Shown: piece by piece, positions 19,413 through 27,848 of the stretch
How positions within the stretch are numbered: the stretch's first letter is position 1
Layout of the letters: each line of letters starts with the position of its first letter
The notes under the pieces: model-generated
The model's input: only the letters and a program-made list of their open reading frames with translations
The model's database searches: none
Told to the model about the DNA's origin: nothing
Virus record (IMG/VR): IMGVR_UViG_2778261630_000008
Location: 1-36,187 of that record
Source of the DNA: a virus
Lineage: Duplodnaviria > Heunggongvirae > Uroviricota > Caudoviricetes
Length of the DNA: 36,187 nt
Strand: one strand, 5' to 3'
Position numbers and translations under genes: made by a program

Positions 19413-19754
19413 TTAATTCGGCATGGTTAGCCGTCTGGGAAATAAGCTCACCACTGCACGAAAATGATTCATTGCTTTAATCAGCTCCCGCTTTTCGTCA
19501 GTGGTCAGCTCATTAATGCTGATGCTATGACGTTCAGCTGGAATTTTTGCCATAAAGAATATGGCAGCCAGTGCCCGTTTATTTTGTTCATTATTGATAT
19601 CCCGTGGATCACGCATATCTTTAATAAACCGCTCAAGCTCTGACTCAATATTCAGGCCAAAAACTTTCGCCCTTAACTCCGCAATGTGATTAAGTCCATT
19701 CAGGCGTTCACCGGGGCTTAATGGAACAGTTGCTGCAGCGCCATTAATTGCCAT
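19413..19754 (-). CDS. early-operon hypothetical protein
   Basis: 113-aa ORF, ATG start, same orientation as the cII..A operon. Confidence 0.55.
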   Translation of the reverse strand: MAINGAAATVPLSPGERLNGLNHIAELRAKVFGLNIESELERFIKDMRDPRDINNEQNKRALAAIFFMAKIPAERHSISINELTTDEKRELIKAMNHFRAVVSLFPRRLTMPN

Positions 19755-19776
19755 ACTTCATATCCCCCAAACGCAG

Positions 19777-20001
19777 CTATCGTTCTTTGTTCTTACGGTA
19801 ACGCTCAAGAGGAGATACATTTTTTCGTATCGTCTCTTTAACCTGCTCTCCCCGTAAAAACGTCCCATCCTTTAACGTGAAAAAGTAACTGCCATCGCCC
19901 GACAATGACGGATAGCAACAGAGCAAATCATCTTCAGGTACTGAATAACTCTCCCCTCTGTAACGAAACTGATAAACCACTTCACTTTCTGCCCCATACA
20001 T
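19777..20001 (-). CDS. early-operon small ORF (fil/dhr position of 186)
   Basis: 74 aa; ATG 20001 with GGAGAAAG upstream; overlaps another frame. Confidence 0.4.
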   Translation of the reverse strand: MYGAESEVVYQFRYRGESYSVPEDDLLCCYPSLSGDGSYFFTLKDGTFLRGEQVKETIRKNVSPLERYRKNKER

Positions 20002-20168
20002 TTGGACTTTCTCCGTTTCCTCGTGGTCAATTCAGACAGCAATTCATCTTGTGAATGACATGGATGCCAGCGTTTTCCATCCTCACCCGTGATCCAGCCG
20101 TGACCGTAGTGCATTGCCGGGCTTTGTTTTACCAGCAGCGATGCAAATGATGGTTCTTTCGTCAGCAT
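19872..20168 (-). CDS. early-operon small ORF overlapping the previous one
   Basis: ATG 20168 with GAGGTG RBS directly after cII stop; C-terminal half overlaps the 74-aa ORF in another frame, so the true 3' end is uncertain. Confidence 0.3.
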   Translation of the reverse strand: MLTKEPSFASLLVKQSPAMHYGHGWITGEDGKRWHPCHSQDELLSELTTRKRRKSKCMGQKVKWFISFVTEGRVIQYLKMICSVAIRHCRAMAVTFSR

Positions 20169-20175
20169 AAACACC

Positions 20176-20685
20176 TCACAGCAAACCGAATGAAGCACCA
20201 AGGCCAGTCATGGTATCAACTGCACTCGCCATCGCCGGGTTAGCCTGTAAACGGGCCTGCAATGAAACAGCAGCCAGCGCCATCAGTCGTGTTACAGAGT
20301 TAATGCTGCTGATAGCATCACGACGACCTGCACTGGTTTTTACATTGCCAGATACCGCACCTGCAGCAATACGCCCGATCTCTGCGGTTGCACTCATGAC
20401 GTAATGCGGCAGTTTCTCTTTTGCTACCTCATTAATCGGTACACATGGCAGGCAGTGAATCTGTGCCAGAAAACCATCTATCAGCGTTGAATCTTCAGTC
20501 AGATCGGTAAGCAGCCAGATTTCTGGCGCATTGAGCTGATGCGGTTGATCTGGGTTGAGTTTGTTTCGCAGAGTCTGGACATTCATTCCTGCACGTTCTG
20601 CCAGCTTCGCCATATTGTGACGAAGTGCAAAAGCTCTACAGGCTTCATCAAAATGCGGGTGTTTGGAAATCTTATAATCAAACAT
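20176..20685 (-). CDS. cII: CII-type lysogeny establishment regulator (186 CII-like)
   Basis: 169 aa, the 186 CII length; N-terminal HTH; AAGGGGG RBS; follows apl. Confidence 0.85.
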   Translation of the reverse strand: MFDYKISKHPHFDEACRAFALRHNMAKLAERAGMNVQTLRNKLNPDQPHQLNAPEIWLLTDLTEDSTLIDGFLAQIHCLPCVPINEVAKEKLPHYVMSATAEIGRIAAGAVSGNVKTSAGRRDAISSINSVTRLMALAAVSLQARLQANPAMASAVDTMTGLGASFGLL

Positions 20686-20717
20686 GCTACCCCCTTAGAA
20701 AGTTCTCATAATTGAAC

Positions 20718-20960
20718 TTACTTACCAACAATGACGCGGAAGTTGGAATGACCGAGGGATTCACGGACCTGATCGGTTTTGTACATTAAATAACGCAGGC
20801 TTACGCGGCCTTTGTTTTTTTCTTTCTTGACCATGTATTTAGCAAGCTGACCATGGTGAATTTTTTGATACACGGAGCCGCGGGAGATACCTTCCCATTC
20901 CGCGAACTCAGCAGGCGTTGCCATCTCTTTTGGTACACGAATTGAAATATCAGTACTCAT
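20718..20960 (-). CDS. apl: Apl/Cox-type excisionase and lytic repressor
   Basis: 80-aa HTH protein, first gene of the rightward lytic operon, divergent from cI. Confidence 0.8.
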   Translation of the reverse strand: MSTDISIRVPKEMATPAEFAEWEGISRGSVYQKIHHGQLAKYMVKKEKNKGRVSLRYLMYKTDQVRESLGHSNFRVIVGK

Positions 20961-21076
20961 AGTGCAGTATCTCTTAGTTTGGTTTCGTTTTATCTTGTTT
21001 TATGTGGTTTGGTTTTGCTTTTCAAACCATGAATGGATATTAAGATCACTTTTTATATACGTCAAGAGGTTTGATT
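20961..21076. promoter_or_regulatory. immunity switch region (lytic and lysogenic promoters and operators)
   Basis: 110-bp AT-rich intergenic between apl and cI with repeated TTTTGCTTTTC / GTTTTATGTGGTTTGGTTTTG motifs; promoter positions not resolved. Confidence 0.45.
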
Positions 21077-21709
21077 ATGAGTTTAATCAAGGCAGGGAAT
21101 GATAGTGGTGGGCGCGATGCGATTAATAGGCTTATTAAGGCTTACAACTTCAGCTCACGACAGCAGCTCTGCGAACATCTGGAAGTATCAAAAAGCACTA
21201 TGGCTAACAGATACTTAAGGGATAGCTTTCCTGCCGAATGGGTAATCCAATGTGCCCTTGAAACAGGAGCTTCCCTTCTTTGGCTGGCTACTGGTCAAGG
21301 AGATATGTATGCGTGTGAGAACGAAGAAACAAATCTCAAAAATGAACCTCCCGTCACTGTAAGACCACTTTCTAAGATCGTTGCTCCTAGCATCAAACGT
21401 GTTGAACTGAAGAACGGCGAACTGCAGCCAAGTGATGAAATTCTTCTTGATAGCAGCCTGCTCGATGGTGACTCATCCAACGCTTTATTTGTTAAAACAG
21501 CTAATGATAGCTTTGTAGTGGATACGTCTGTTAAACAAGTCAGTAATGGCTTCTGGTTAGTCGATATGGACGGAGTTAAAAGCATCGTCAAAATTGCGCG
21601 CATACCCGGAAACAAAATAGTAGTTAACCAAGATGACACTTCATTTGAATGTTCTGTAGATGATGTGGAAGTCGTAGGACGTGCAGTCAAAGTAATCAAG
21701 AACCTCTAA
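21077..21709 (+). CDS. cI: CI immunity repressor
   Basis: ORF-track start 21071 is TTG; ATG 21077 has AGAGG RBS; N-terminal HTH and C-terminal oligomerisation-like domain; followed by int as in 186. Confidence 0.8.
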   Translation: MSLIKAGNDSGGRDAINRLIKAYNFSSRQQLCEHLEVSKSTMANRYLRDSFPAEWVIQCALETGASLLWLATGQGDMYACENEETNLKNEPPVTVRPLSKIVAPSIKRVELKNGELQPSDEILLDSSLLDGDSSNALFVKTANDSFVVDTSVKQVSNGFWLVDMDGVKSIVKIARIPGNKIVVNQDDTSFECSVDDVEVVGRAVKVIKNL

Positions 21710-21712
21710 CTT

Positions 21713-22753
21713 ATGACCATCAGAAAACAGCCGAACGGAAAATGGTTGTGTGAGTGCTATCCCAATGGACGCAATGGTAAGCGCGTGCGTAAGCAATTTG
21801 CTACCAAAGGCGAAGCCATTGCGTTTGAAAGCTTCACAATGGAAGAAGTGAACAAAAAACCATGGCTAGGGGAAAAGGAAGATCGGCGACATCTATCAGA
21901 ATTAATTGAGCTGTGGTATTCCCTGTATGGTCAAACACTCGCAGACCCCAAGCGCCTCATGGCGAAACTTAGAATTATCTGTAATGGTCTAGGCGATCCC
22001 ATCGCCTCAGAACTGACAGCTGGTGAGTTTACGAAATACCGCGAAGCACGGTTAAAAGGTGAAGTACGAAATGAAGATGGCACGCTTATGTCGCCAGTTA
22101 AGCCCCGCACGGTAAATCTTGAACAGCGCAACCTATCATCTGTTTTTGGTACACTGAAAAAGCTGGGCCACTGGTCAGCCCCCAACCCGCTTGCTGGGCT
22201 GCCAACATTTAAAATTGCTGAGGGTGAATTGGCGTTCCTGACCCCGGAAGAAATTAAACGTCTGCTGGATGCCTGTGCTGATTCTCAAAGCCCCAGTCTG
22301 CTGATGATTGCAAAAATATGCTTGGCCACCGGCGCACGCTGGAGCGAAGCCGAAAACCTACAGAGTCATCAGGTATCAAAATACCGTATCACTTATACCA
22401 AGACTAAAGGAAAGAAAAACCGAACAGTGCCTATTTCAAAGGATTTATATGAAGAACTGCCTAAGAATAGGGGAAAATTATTTACACCTTGTAGGAAAGC
22501 TTTTGAACGTGCGGTAAAACGAGCTGGTATCGAGCTACCAGAAGGGCAATGCACACACGTATTACGACATACATTTGCAAGTCACTTTATGATGAATGGC
22601 GGAAACATACTGGTGCTGCGCGATATTCTGGGCCATGTCGATATAAAAATGACAATGATTTACGCCCACTTCGCTCCCGACCATCTGGAAGATGCTGTAA
22701 CCAAAAATCCTCTTGCTAACCTTGGATGGAGAAAATTAGAAAGTGCTTGTTAA
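21713..22753 (+). CDS. int: tyrosine integrase
   Basis: 346 aa with C-terminal R...H.LRHT...Y catalytic region; 4 bp after cI stop. Confidence 0.9.
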   Translation: MTIRKQPNGKWLCECYPNGRNGKRVRKQFATKGEAIAFESFTMEEVNKKPWLGEKEDRRHLSELIELWYSLYGQTLADPKRLMAKLRIICNGLGDPIASELTAGEFTKYREARLKGEVRNEDGTLMSPVKPRTVNLEQRNLSSVFGTLKKLGHWSAPNPLAGLPTFKIAEGELAFLTPEEIKRLLDACADSQSPSLLMIAKICLATGARWSEAENLQSHQVSKYRITYTKTKGKKNRTVPISKDLYEELPKNRGKLFTPCRKAFERAVKRAGIELPEGQCTHVLRHTFASHFMMNGGNILVLRDILGHVDIKMTMIYAHFAPDHLEDAVTKNPLANLGWRKLESAC

Positions 22754-22859
22754 TAACTATATCCAACAATACCCATGGATATCGTACTTACTTATCATAA
22801 TATATTTTATATATATATGCCTTGAATTATATCTATGCGTATCAAAAAAAGGCTTTAAC

Positions 22860-23789
22860 ATGGATGAAAGGCCATTAACAAGTCAATACTTATTTAAACA
22901 ATCACTTAGGATTCCTGTATTTTCAGCGATATACTTTGGTATATTTTCCTGGCTTGGACATTCCCCTCAATTTGATAGTGAGGGCTTTAATAATTTCATT
23001 GCAATTAGCAAGCTTCCTATCGCCTTACTTTCTTTGTCCATACCATTTGTTGCTGTCGTAGCAAACATACACCGCACAGTTCAAACAAACCGACAAATTG
23101 AGGAAACCAAGCAAAAGAATCTATCTGATAGCTACTATAGCCATCTAAAGTTCGTTACTGATTATTTCACCAATTTACCTAACAAAACCATTAAACGCGA
23201 ACGTCATTATGGTACTAAAGAGATAAGTTATAAAATTAACTACCCAATACATCTATATAGATATATTTTCATAAATAGCTCACCAGAGAAGGGACGGCCT
23301 AAAAATACAGATAAAGAATACATACGTGAAGTAAATAATCACTGGGTTGATATACTAAAAAACCTAGAGAAGATACTTTCATCTAATCGTGGCTCTCAGT
23401 TTGACGAAGTTTTAATCCGTCAAATGCAATCTCTTCATTCAATAGAAAAACACTTATCCGAACTTAATCGAATGCTTTGCCTAACTCCCATGGAGTTAAA
23501 TGAACATGCAACTTTATACTTTGATGGATATGAAATGATTACTAACTTCATGTCCAGCATTGAACTTGGCGATACAATTGAAACCTACTTCAAATTTACC
23601 ATTGATATTCTTGATATTACCGATAATTTCCTTTCATTCAAGGATGATGGCTCGTCTGGGCAAATCATTATACTAGCAAGATTACTGAAAGATAATAATC
23701 CAGCTATCTTTGATGAAATTGTAACAAACAAAGGGAAGGCTCAACCTTCGTTGACCTACAATGGCGACAGATTGGCGACAGAACATTAA
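22860..23789 (+). CDS. cargo protein, 309 aa, AT-rich, two N-terminal TM helices; function unknown
   Basis: ATG 22860 after an AT-rich promoter-like stretch (TATATATATA); hydrophobic segments IPVFSAIYFGIFSWLG and IAISKLPIALLSLSIPFVAVVANI; lies between int and the att core. Confidence 0.6.
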   Translation: MDERPLTSQYLFKQSLRIPVFSAIYFGIFSWLGHSPQFDSEGFNNFIAISKLPIALLSLSIPFVAVVANIHRTVQTNRQIEETKQKNLSDSYYSHLKFVTDYFTNLPNKTIKRERHYGTKEISYKINYPIHLYRYIFINSSPEKGRPKNTDKEYIREVNNHWVDILKNLEKILSSNRGSQFDEVLIRQMQSLHSIEKHLSELNRMLCLTPMELNEHATLYFDGYEMITNFMSSIELGDTIETYFKFTIDILDITDNFLSFKDDGSSGQIIILARLLKDNNPAIFDEIVTNKGKAQPSLTYNGDRLATEH

Positions 23790-23874
23790 AAATGAGTAAA
23801 ACGGACAAACACAAGATAATACTAACTTGATGATTTTAAACGCAAGTTAATGTTTTTGCTATAGTGAAAATGGT

Positions 23875-23919
23875 ATGTAGGAATTTCGGACGCGGGTTCA
23901 ACTCCCGCCAGCTCCACCA
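23875..23919 (+). other. ssrA: tmRNA (ssrA) 3'-terminal 45-nt segment = attachment-site core shared by the prophage and the satellite
   Basis: ATGTAGGAATTTCGGACGCGGGTTCAACTCCCGCCAGCTCCACCA matches the E. coli tmRNA 3' end as I recall it; sequence upstream diverges, so this is not a full tmRNA gene. Confidence 0.8.
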
Positions 23920-23952
23920 CTTGCTCTTCCGGATACGTCCGGAGAAATCCTG

Positions 23953-23988
23953 AAAGCCCACATGGAACAAGCCTTGTGGGCTTTTTTG
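23953..23988 (+). terminator. rho-independent terminator (ssrA-type)
   Basis: GCCCACA / TGTGGGC stem followed by TTTTTT (23982..23987). Confidence 0.65.
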
Positions 23989-24030
23989 TGTCCTCAGTTG
24001 TCCGAGAATATCCCGCTAAATCCAGTGATT

Positions 24031-24083
24031 ATTGGTATACGTTTAGGTATACGGTAAGATGTATACCTAAAAGCGTATACCAA
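24031..24083. repeat. integrase arm-type repeats (GGTATAC-containing, direct and inverted)
   Basis: ATTGGTATACGTTTAGGTATACGG then inverted GATGTATACCT and CGTATACCAA; a near-identical direct copy lies at 34434..34460. Confidence 0.4.
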
Positions 24084-24103
24084 TTCATAAAGGAGCGGCC
24101 AAA

Positions 24104-25297
24104 GTGGCAAGAACGACACGCCCCCTGACCAACACAGAAGTGCTGCGCGCAAAAGCGTTAGAAAAGGATCTTACATTGCATGATGGCGATGGTCTTTTTC
24201 TTCTCGTTAAAACGAACGGTAAGAAGTTATGGCGTTTCCGTTATCAACGTCCGACAACAAAGCAGCGGACAATGATGGGGCTAGGTGCCTTCCCAGCCAT
24301 ATCGCTTGCAGATGCCAGGAGATTAAAAGCTGATTATCTTTCATTATTAGCCAATGGAATTGATCCGCAAATTCAAGCGAAAGTGGCAGAGGAACAGCAA
24401 CAAATCGCGCTTGACAGTATTTTTTCAACAGTCGCCGCTAACTGGTTTCTGCTCAAAAGCAAAAGCGTTACCCCTGATTACGCAAAAGACATTTGGCGTT
24501 CACTTGAGAAAGACGTATTCCCCACTATCGGTGAGATCCCCGTTCAGAAGATCAAAGCCCGAACATTAATTGAAGCTCTTGAGTCCGTCAAAGCTCGAGG
24601 GGCGCTAGAGACCGTTCGTCGACTGGTGCAACGCATTAACGAGATAATGATTTATGCGGTTAACACCGGTTTGATTGATGCAAATCCAGCATCAGGTGTT
24701 GGTATGGCATTTGAGAAACCTAAAAAGAAAAATATGCCAACACTACGCCCAGAGGAATTGCCTAATCTGATGCATTCATTAACAATGTCAAATCTATCTG
24801 TCTCTACTCGATGTCTCATTGAATGGCAACTCCTAACTCTTGTCCGCCCTTCTGAAGCTTCAGGCACTCAATGGGCTGAGATCGATTTAGATGCGAAACT
24901 CTGGATAATTCCAGCTGAAAGAATGAAAGCAAAACGAGAACACATTGTTCCTTTGTCCCCCCAAGCTTTAGACATTTTGAATATAATGAAACCCATCAGT
25001 GCTCATCGTACACATGTTTTTCCTAGCAGGAGTGACCCCTTAAAACCAATGAATAGCCAAACGGCAAATGCCGCATTAAAGCGAATTGGCTTCGCTGGCA
25101 AACTAGTAGCCCATGGTCTACGTTCTATTGCAAGCACCGCCTTAAACGAACGTGGTTACAATCCTGATGTTATAGAAGCAGCTCTTGCTCATAGCGATAA
25201 AAACGAAGTACGTCGCGCTTATAATCGCTCGGTTTATTTAGAAAAACGTAAGCAACTAATGAATGATTGGGGGCAAATTGTGCACCCCCAATCATAA
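24104..25297 (+). CDS. int: P4-family tyrosine integrase (IntA-like)
   Basis: 397 aa, GTG start with AAGGAG RBS; strong resemblance to CP4-57 IntA / P4 Int as recalled; ~185 bp downstream of the ssrA core. Confidence 0.9.
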   Translation: MARTTRPLTNTEVLRAKALEKDLTLHDGDGLFLLVKTNGKKLWRFRYQRPTTKQRTMMGLGAFPAISLADARRLKADYLSLLANGIDPQIQAKVAEEQQQIALDSIFSTVAANWFLLKSKSVTPDYAKDIWRSLEKDVFPTIGEIPVQKIKARTLIEALESVKARGALETVRRLVQRINEIMIYAVNTGLIDANPASGVGMAFEKPKKKNMPTLRPEELPNLMHSLTMSNLSVSTRCLIEWQLLTLVRPSEASGTQWAEIDLDAKLWIIPAERMKAKREHIVPLSPQALDILNIMKPISAHRTHVFPSRSDPLKPMNSQTANAALKRIGFAGKLVAHGLRSIASTALNERGYNPDVIEAALAHSDKNEVRRAYNRSVYLEKRKQLMNDWGQIVHPQS

Positions 25298-25346
25298 AAA
25301 ACGATTTCAGTCCAAGCAACTATTAAAATTCAATAGATTGGGGACT

Positions 25347-26931
25347 TTATGTAGATTTAACATCAAGATGTTCTCCACAGTATCCGATAATTATTTTACG
25401 TTTACTTCTATCAACCCAAAAGTGGATTCTTATAGTTTCAGACTTGGAGCGGGCTGTTCCTATACCAACGTGTTGGAACATCTTTATTTTTTGACCATTA
25501 TAGTCAAACTCTCTCATTTTAGATAATGTAGCAGATCGCTCTACCGTCTCTGATTCATTTGCTGAATAAGCATCACCAAGAATATCTTTGGCCTTATTAT
25601 CTCCATTTTCAAGATACTCAAGAAGATATTCTGTACAAAGTTTATATAATAAATAAATCAATCTATGATTGTGTTTGAATTTCGATGAGTTCCTCGCTGA
25701 AGAAAATGCTGATTTAAGAATCTCAACATTATTAGGGATTAGGATTTCTAATAAACTCAAAACGGACTCAGGGTTTAACCTATTGCTAATTAAAGATATT
25801 ATCTTTTCAACATCAACATCACCATCAGTAGCTTTTCCATGGTATTTCCTAATATCGTATTTTAACCTTTCTAAGTCTACTTCTATTTTATTTTTTTCAA
25901 AGACAACTGCATCATGCTTTGCATCCAATTCCTCAATCCTTTTTAAATAATCAAGCTCTAATTCTTCACTAGCAGCCTTAAACTCCTCAAACTCTAAGAG
26001 GACTTCATCGAGCAAAGCTTCATACTGAGCACCATCTTTTAACTCATTTAATCTCTGCCTAAAAGAAATATTATCATCACGCTGTCTTTTGGCACGAACA
26101 TTAGCTGGTGATAAATGCAACTTTTTATTATAGCCATTAAAAGCATGCGTTATTACTGATAATATATAATTATTAATAGGAACATTACCCGCTTTAATTT
26201 CATCAACTTGCTTCGGGAGAAAAAGTTTTGTTCCTATATACCCTGACTTATTCATTGGGTAAATAATATTTATTGCCCCCCCCCCAAGATGAATAGTGTC
26301 TTCCAAGTAATCGTTCCATTTCCCAAGAGTCCATTTTACCACTTGTTGCAACAACCTGAGCAAGCCCAATAAGTTGCTCCTGTAGTTTTTCAGGTATAAC
26401 AGGAAATCCATCATTACCTTCACTAATAAAAACTAGCGGGTAGGTCCTGTCATCCCTAGAAATTTCATGCATAAGATACTGAAAGTCGCCATACTGACTT
26501 TTAATATAATCCACTTTCTGGCCGATAACATCCAGATCGAATACACAATTCCGTTTCAAATATGATACCAGAGATGGACGAGTAGCAATTGGTTTTGCAT
26601 CAACCATAGTGCTAACATCACTTATTTCTAACAATATAGATATAAACGTGCTTCCTTTTTCACGTCTAATTCCAATTTCTGTAATCCATTGTCTACCGCT
26701 CACATTCCTATCAGGATGAGTGTACATTATGGAATATATTTTAGGTTCCATTCTATCAGCCGTGTAGGTTCTAACATAGGCTCGCTCTAAATTCCAATCA
26801 CGCCGCGAAAGTAGCTCATCTGTTGATAGGCGAATATTAGCAACCCTATTAAGCCAACCACACACAGAACGCACTACGCTAAAAAAACTATCTTCACCGA
26901 TGCAATTAAACGAATTAACATAAACTAACAC
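25347..26931 (-). CDS. satellite hotspot gene, ~528 aa if read through a G10 tract; as written split into 227-aa and 358-aa overlapping frames; function unknown
   Basis: GTG 26931 with AAAGGAGA RBS; frame A (26931..26248) and frame B (26423..25347) overlap by 176 bp with the homopolymer inside the overlap; loss of one G fuses them; AT-rich; between int and cos. Confidence 0.55.
26276..26285. repeat. homopolymeric tract, C10 on plus strand (G10 on coding strand)
   Basis: Ten consecutive C at 26276..26285, at the junction of the two frames of the hotspot gene. Confidence 0.95.
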
Positions 26932-27019
26932 TACAATCTCCTTTCACTCATTTAAAGGGGAGGCTGAAAAGGAGTTATCTTATATACTTTTTGTAAATTA
27001 TTTCAATCTTTTGCGCGCA

Positions 27020-27038
27020 GTGCTTTCCCCGCCTCGCC
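27020..27038. other. cos site of the satellite (P2/P4 type)
   Basis: GTGCTTTCCCCGCCTCGCC is the reverse complement of GGCGAGGCGGGGAAAGCAC, the 19-nt P2/P4 cohesive end as I recall it. Confidence 0.8.
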
Positions 27039-27140
27039 CGCCCGCTTTGCGGGGCGGTTTTAATGCAGTTTCACTGACACGCTCAGGCCGCGCCGGGAAT
27101 GGCGCGGTCTGCAGAAAATGAGGCAGGAAAACGCATGCAA

Positions 27141-27172
27141 AGCCATGCACCTTATCGATGCATGGCTTTTTT
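27141..27172. terminator. stem-loop terminator between cos and psu
   Basis: AGCCATGCA / TGCATGGCT 9-bp stem with T-run on the plus side and A-run on the other; could terminate the sid-delta-psu transcript. Confidence 0.45.
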
Positions 27173-27202
27173 CAGTAAAAACAGGCGGATTTTCGGGGAA
27201 TT

Positions 27203-27775
27203 TTACACAGACTGACGTGATGCCAGTTGCGCACTTTTACGCGAAAAAATCATGTTCTGCGCAGGGGTGAATTTTTCACGGCTGTCATCCACCGAAGCCG
27301 CGTCAGGCCTGAATCCGATGGCCGTTAAAATGTCGCTATCCTGTGCGGAATAATTAATTTTTTCCCCCTTCGCAAGCCAGGACAGAAGGGCTTCACGCAG
27401 GGCATCTGTGGTACGCTGTATGGCACAGTTTCGGGCAATGGCCGTCAGCTCACTGTAGCCCATCAGCTCCGGTGCCAGTGCCGCCGCCAGTGCTGTACCG
27501 TGCTGCTGCATAAAATCATTCAGCCGGTCGCGGATGCTGATGTGCTGAACGGCTTCATGCGAACGAATATAACGACCGGCGGCCTGATTCACCTGCCATT
27601 TTCTGACTTCGATAATATTGCGTAATTCGTCCAGGCGGCTGACGTTTCTGCCTTCTCCTGACAGAAGCCGCAGATATTCCTGTTCGGCCGCTGCCAGCTC
27701 ATTTTTGCGTTGCAGCCATGCTGCTTTGTTATTCTGACAGGTGTCAAAGGCCTGCTGTAAGGCTGTGCTTTCCAT
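27203..27775 (-). CDS. psu: polarity suppression protein Psu (capsid decoration / Rho antagonist)
   Basis: 190 aa, the P4 Psu length; last gene of the sid-delta-psu operon next to cos. Confidence 0.9.
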   Translation of the reverse strand: MESTALQQAFDTCQNNKAAWLQRKNELAAAEQEYLRLLSGEGRNVSRLDELRNIIEVRKWQVNQAAGRYIRSHEAVQHISIRDRLNDFMQQHGTALAAALAPELMGYSELTAIARNCAIQRTTDALREALLSWLAKGEKINYSAQDSDILTAIGFRPDAASVDDSREKFTPAQNMIFSRKSAQLASRQSV

Positions 27776-27848
27776 CGTTATCTCTTTCTCATCATGCTGA
27801 AGAATAAAAATACGGTGTGCGGCGACGGCCGGGGTTAACCGGCAGCCC

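Larger units (their letters stand above)
1..23919. mobile_element. P2/186-family temperate prophage, int-proximal part (tail-fiber end runs off the left edge)
   Basis: Collinear P2-type gene order H..O, P, Q, cos, A, early operon, immunity switch, int, ending at an ssrA 3' repeat; the 169-aa CII and the LexA-controlled operon point to the 186 subgroup. Confidence 0.9.

Noticed and set aside
23557-23919. A complete tmRNA (ssrA) gene
   Set aside because: Only the last 45 nt match; sequence upstream is the AT-rich cargo gene and unrelated to tmRNA, so this is an att repeat, not a functional ssrA
25347-26931. Two independent overlapping genes (227 aa and 358 aa) instead of one frameshifted gene
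   Set aside because: A 176-bp out-of-frame overlap between same-strand genes would be unusual, and the G10 tract sits exactly in the overlap; kept as a less likely alternative rather than excluded
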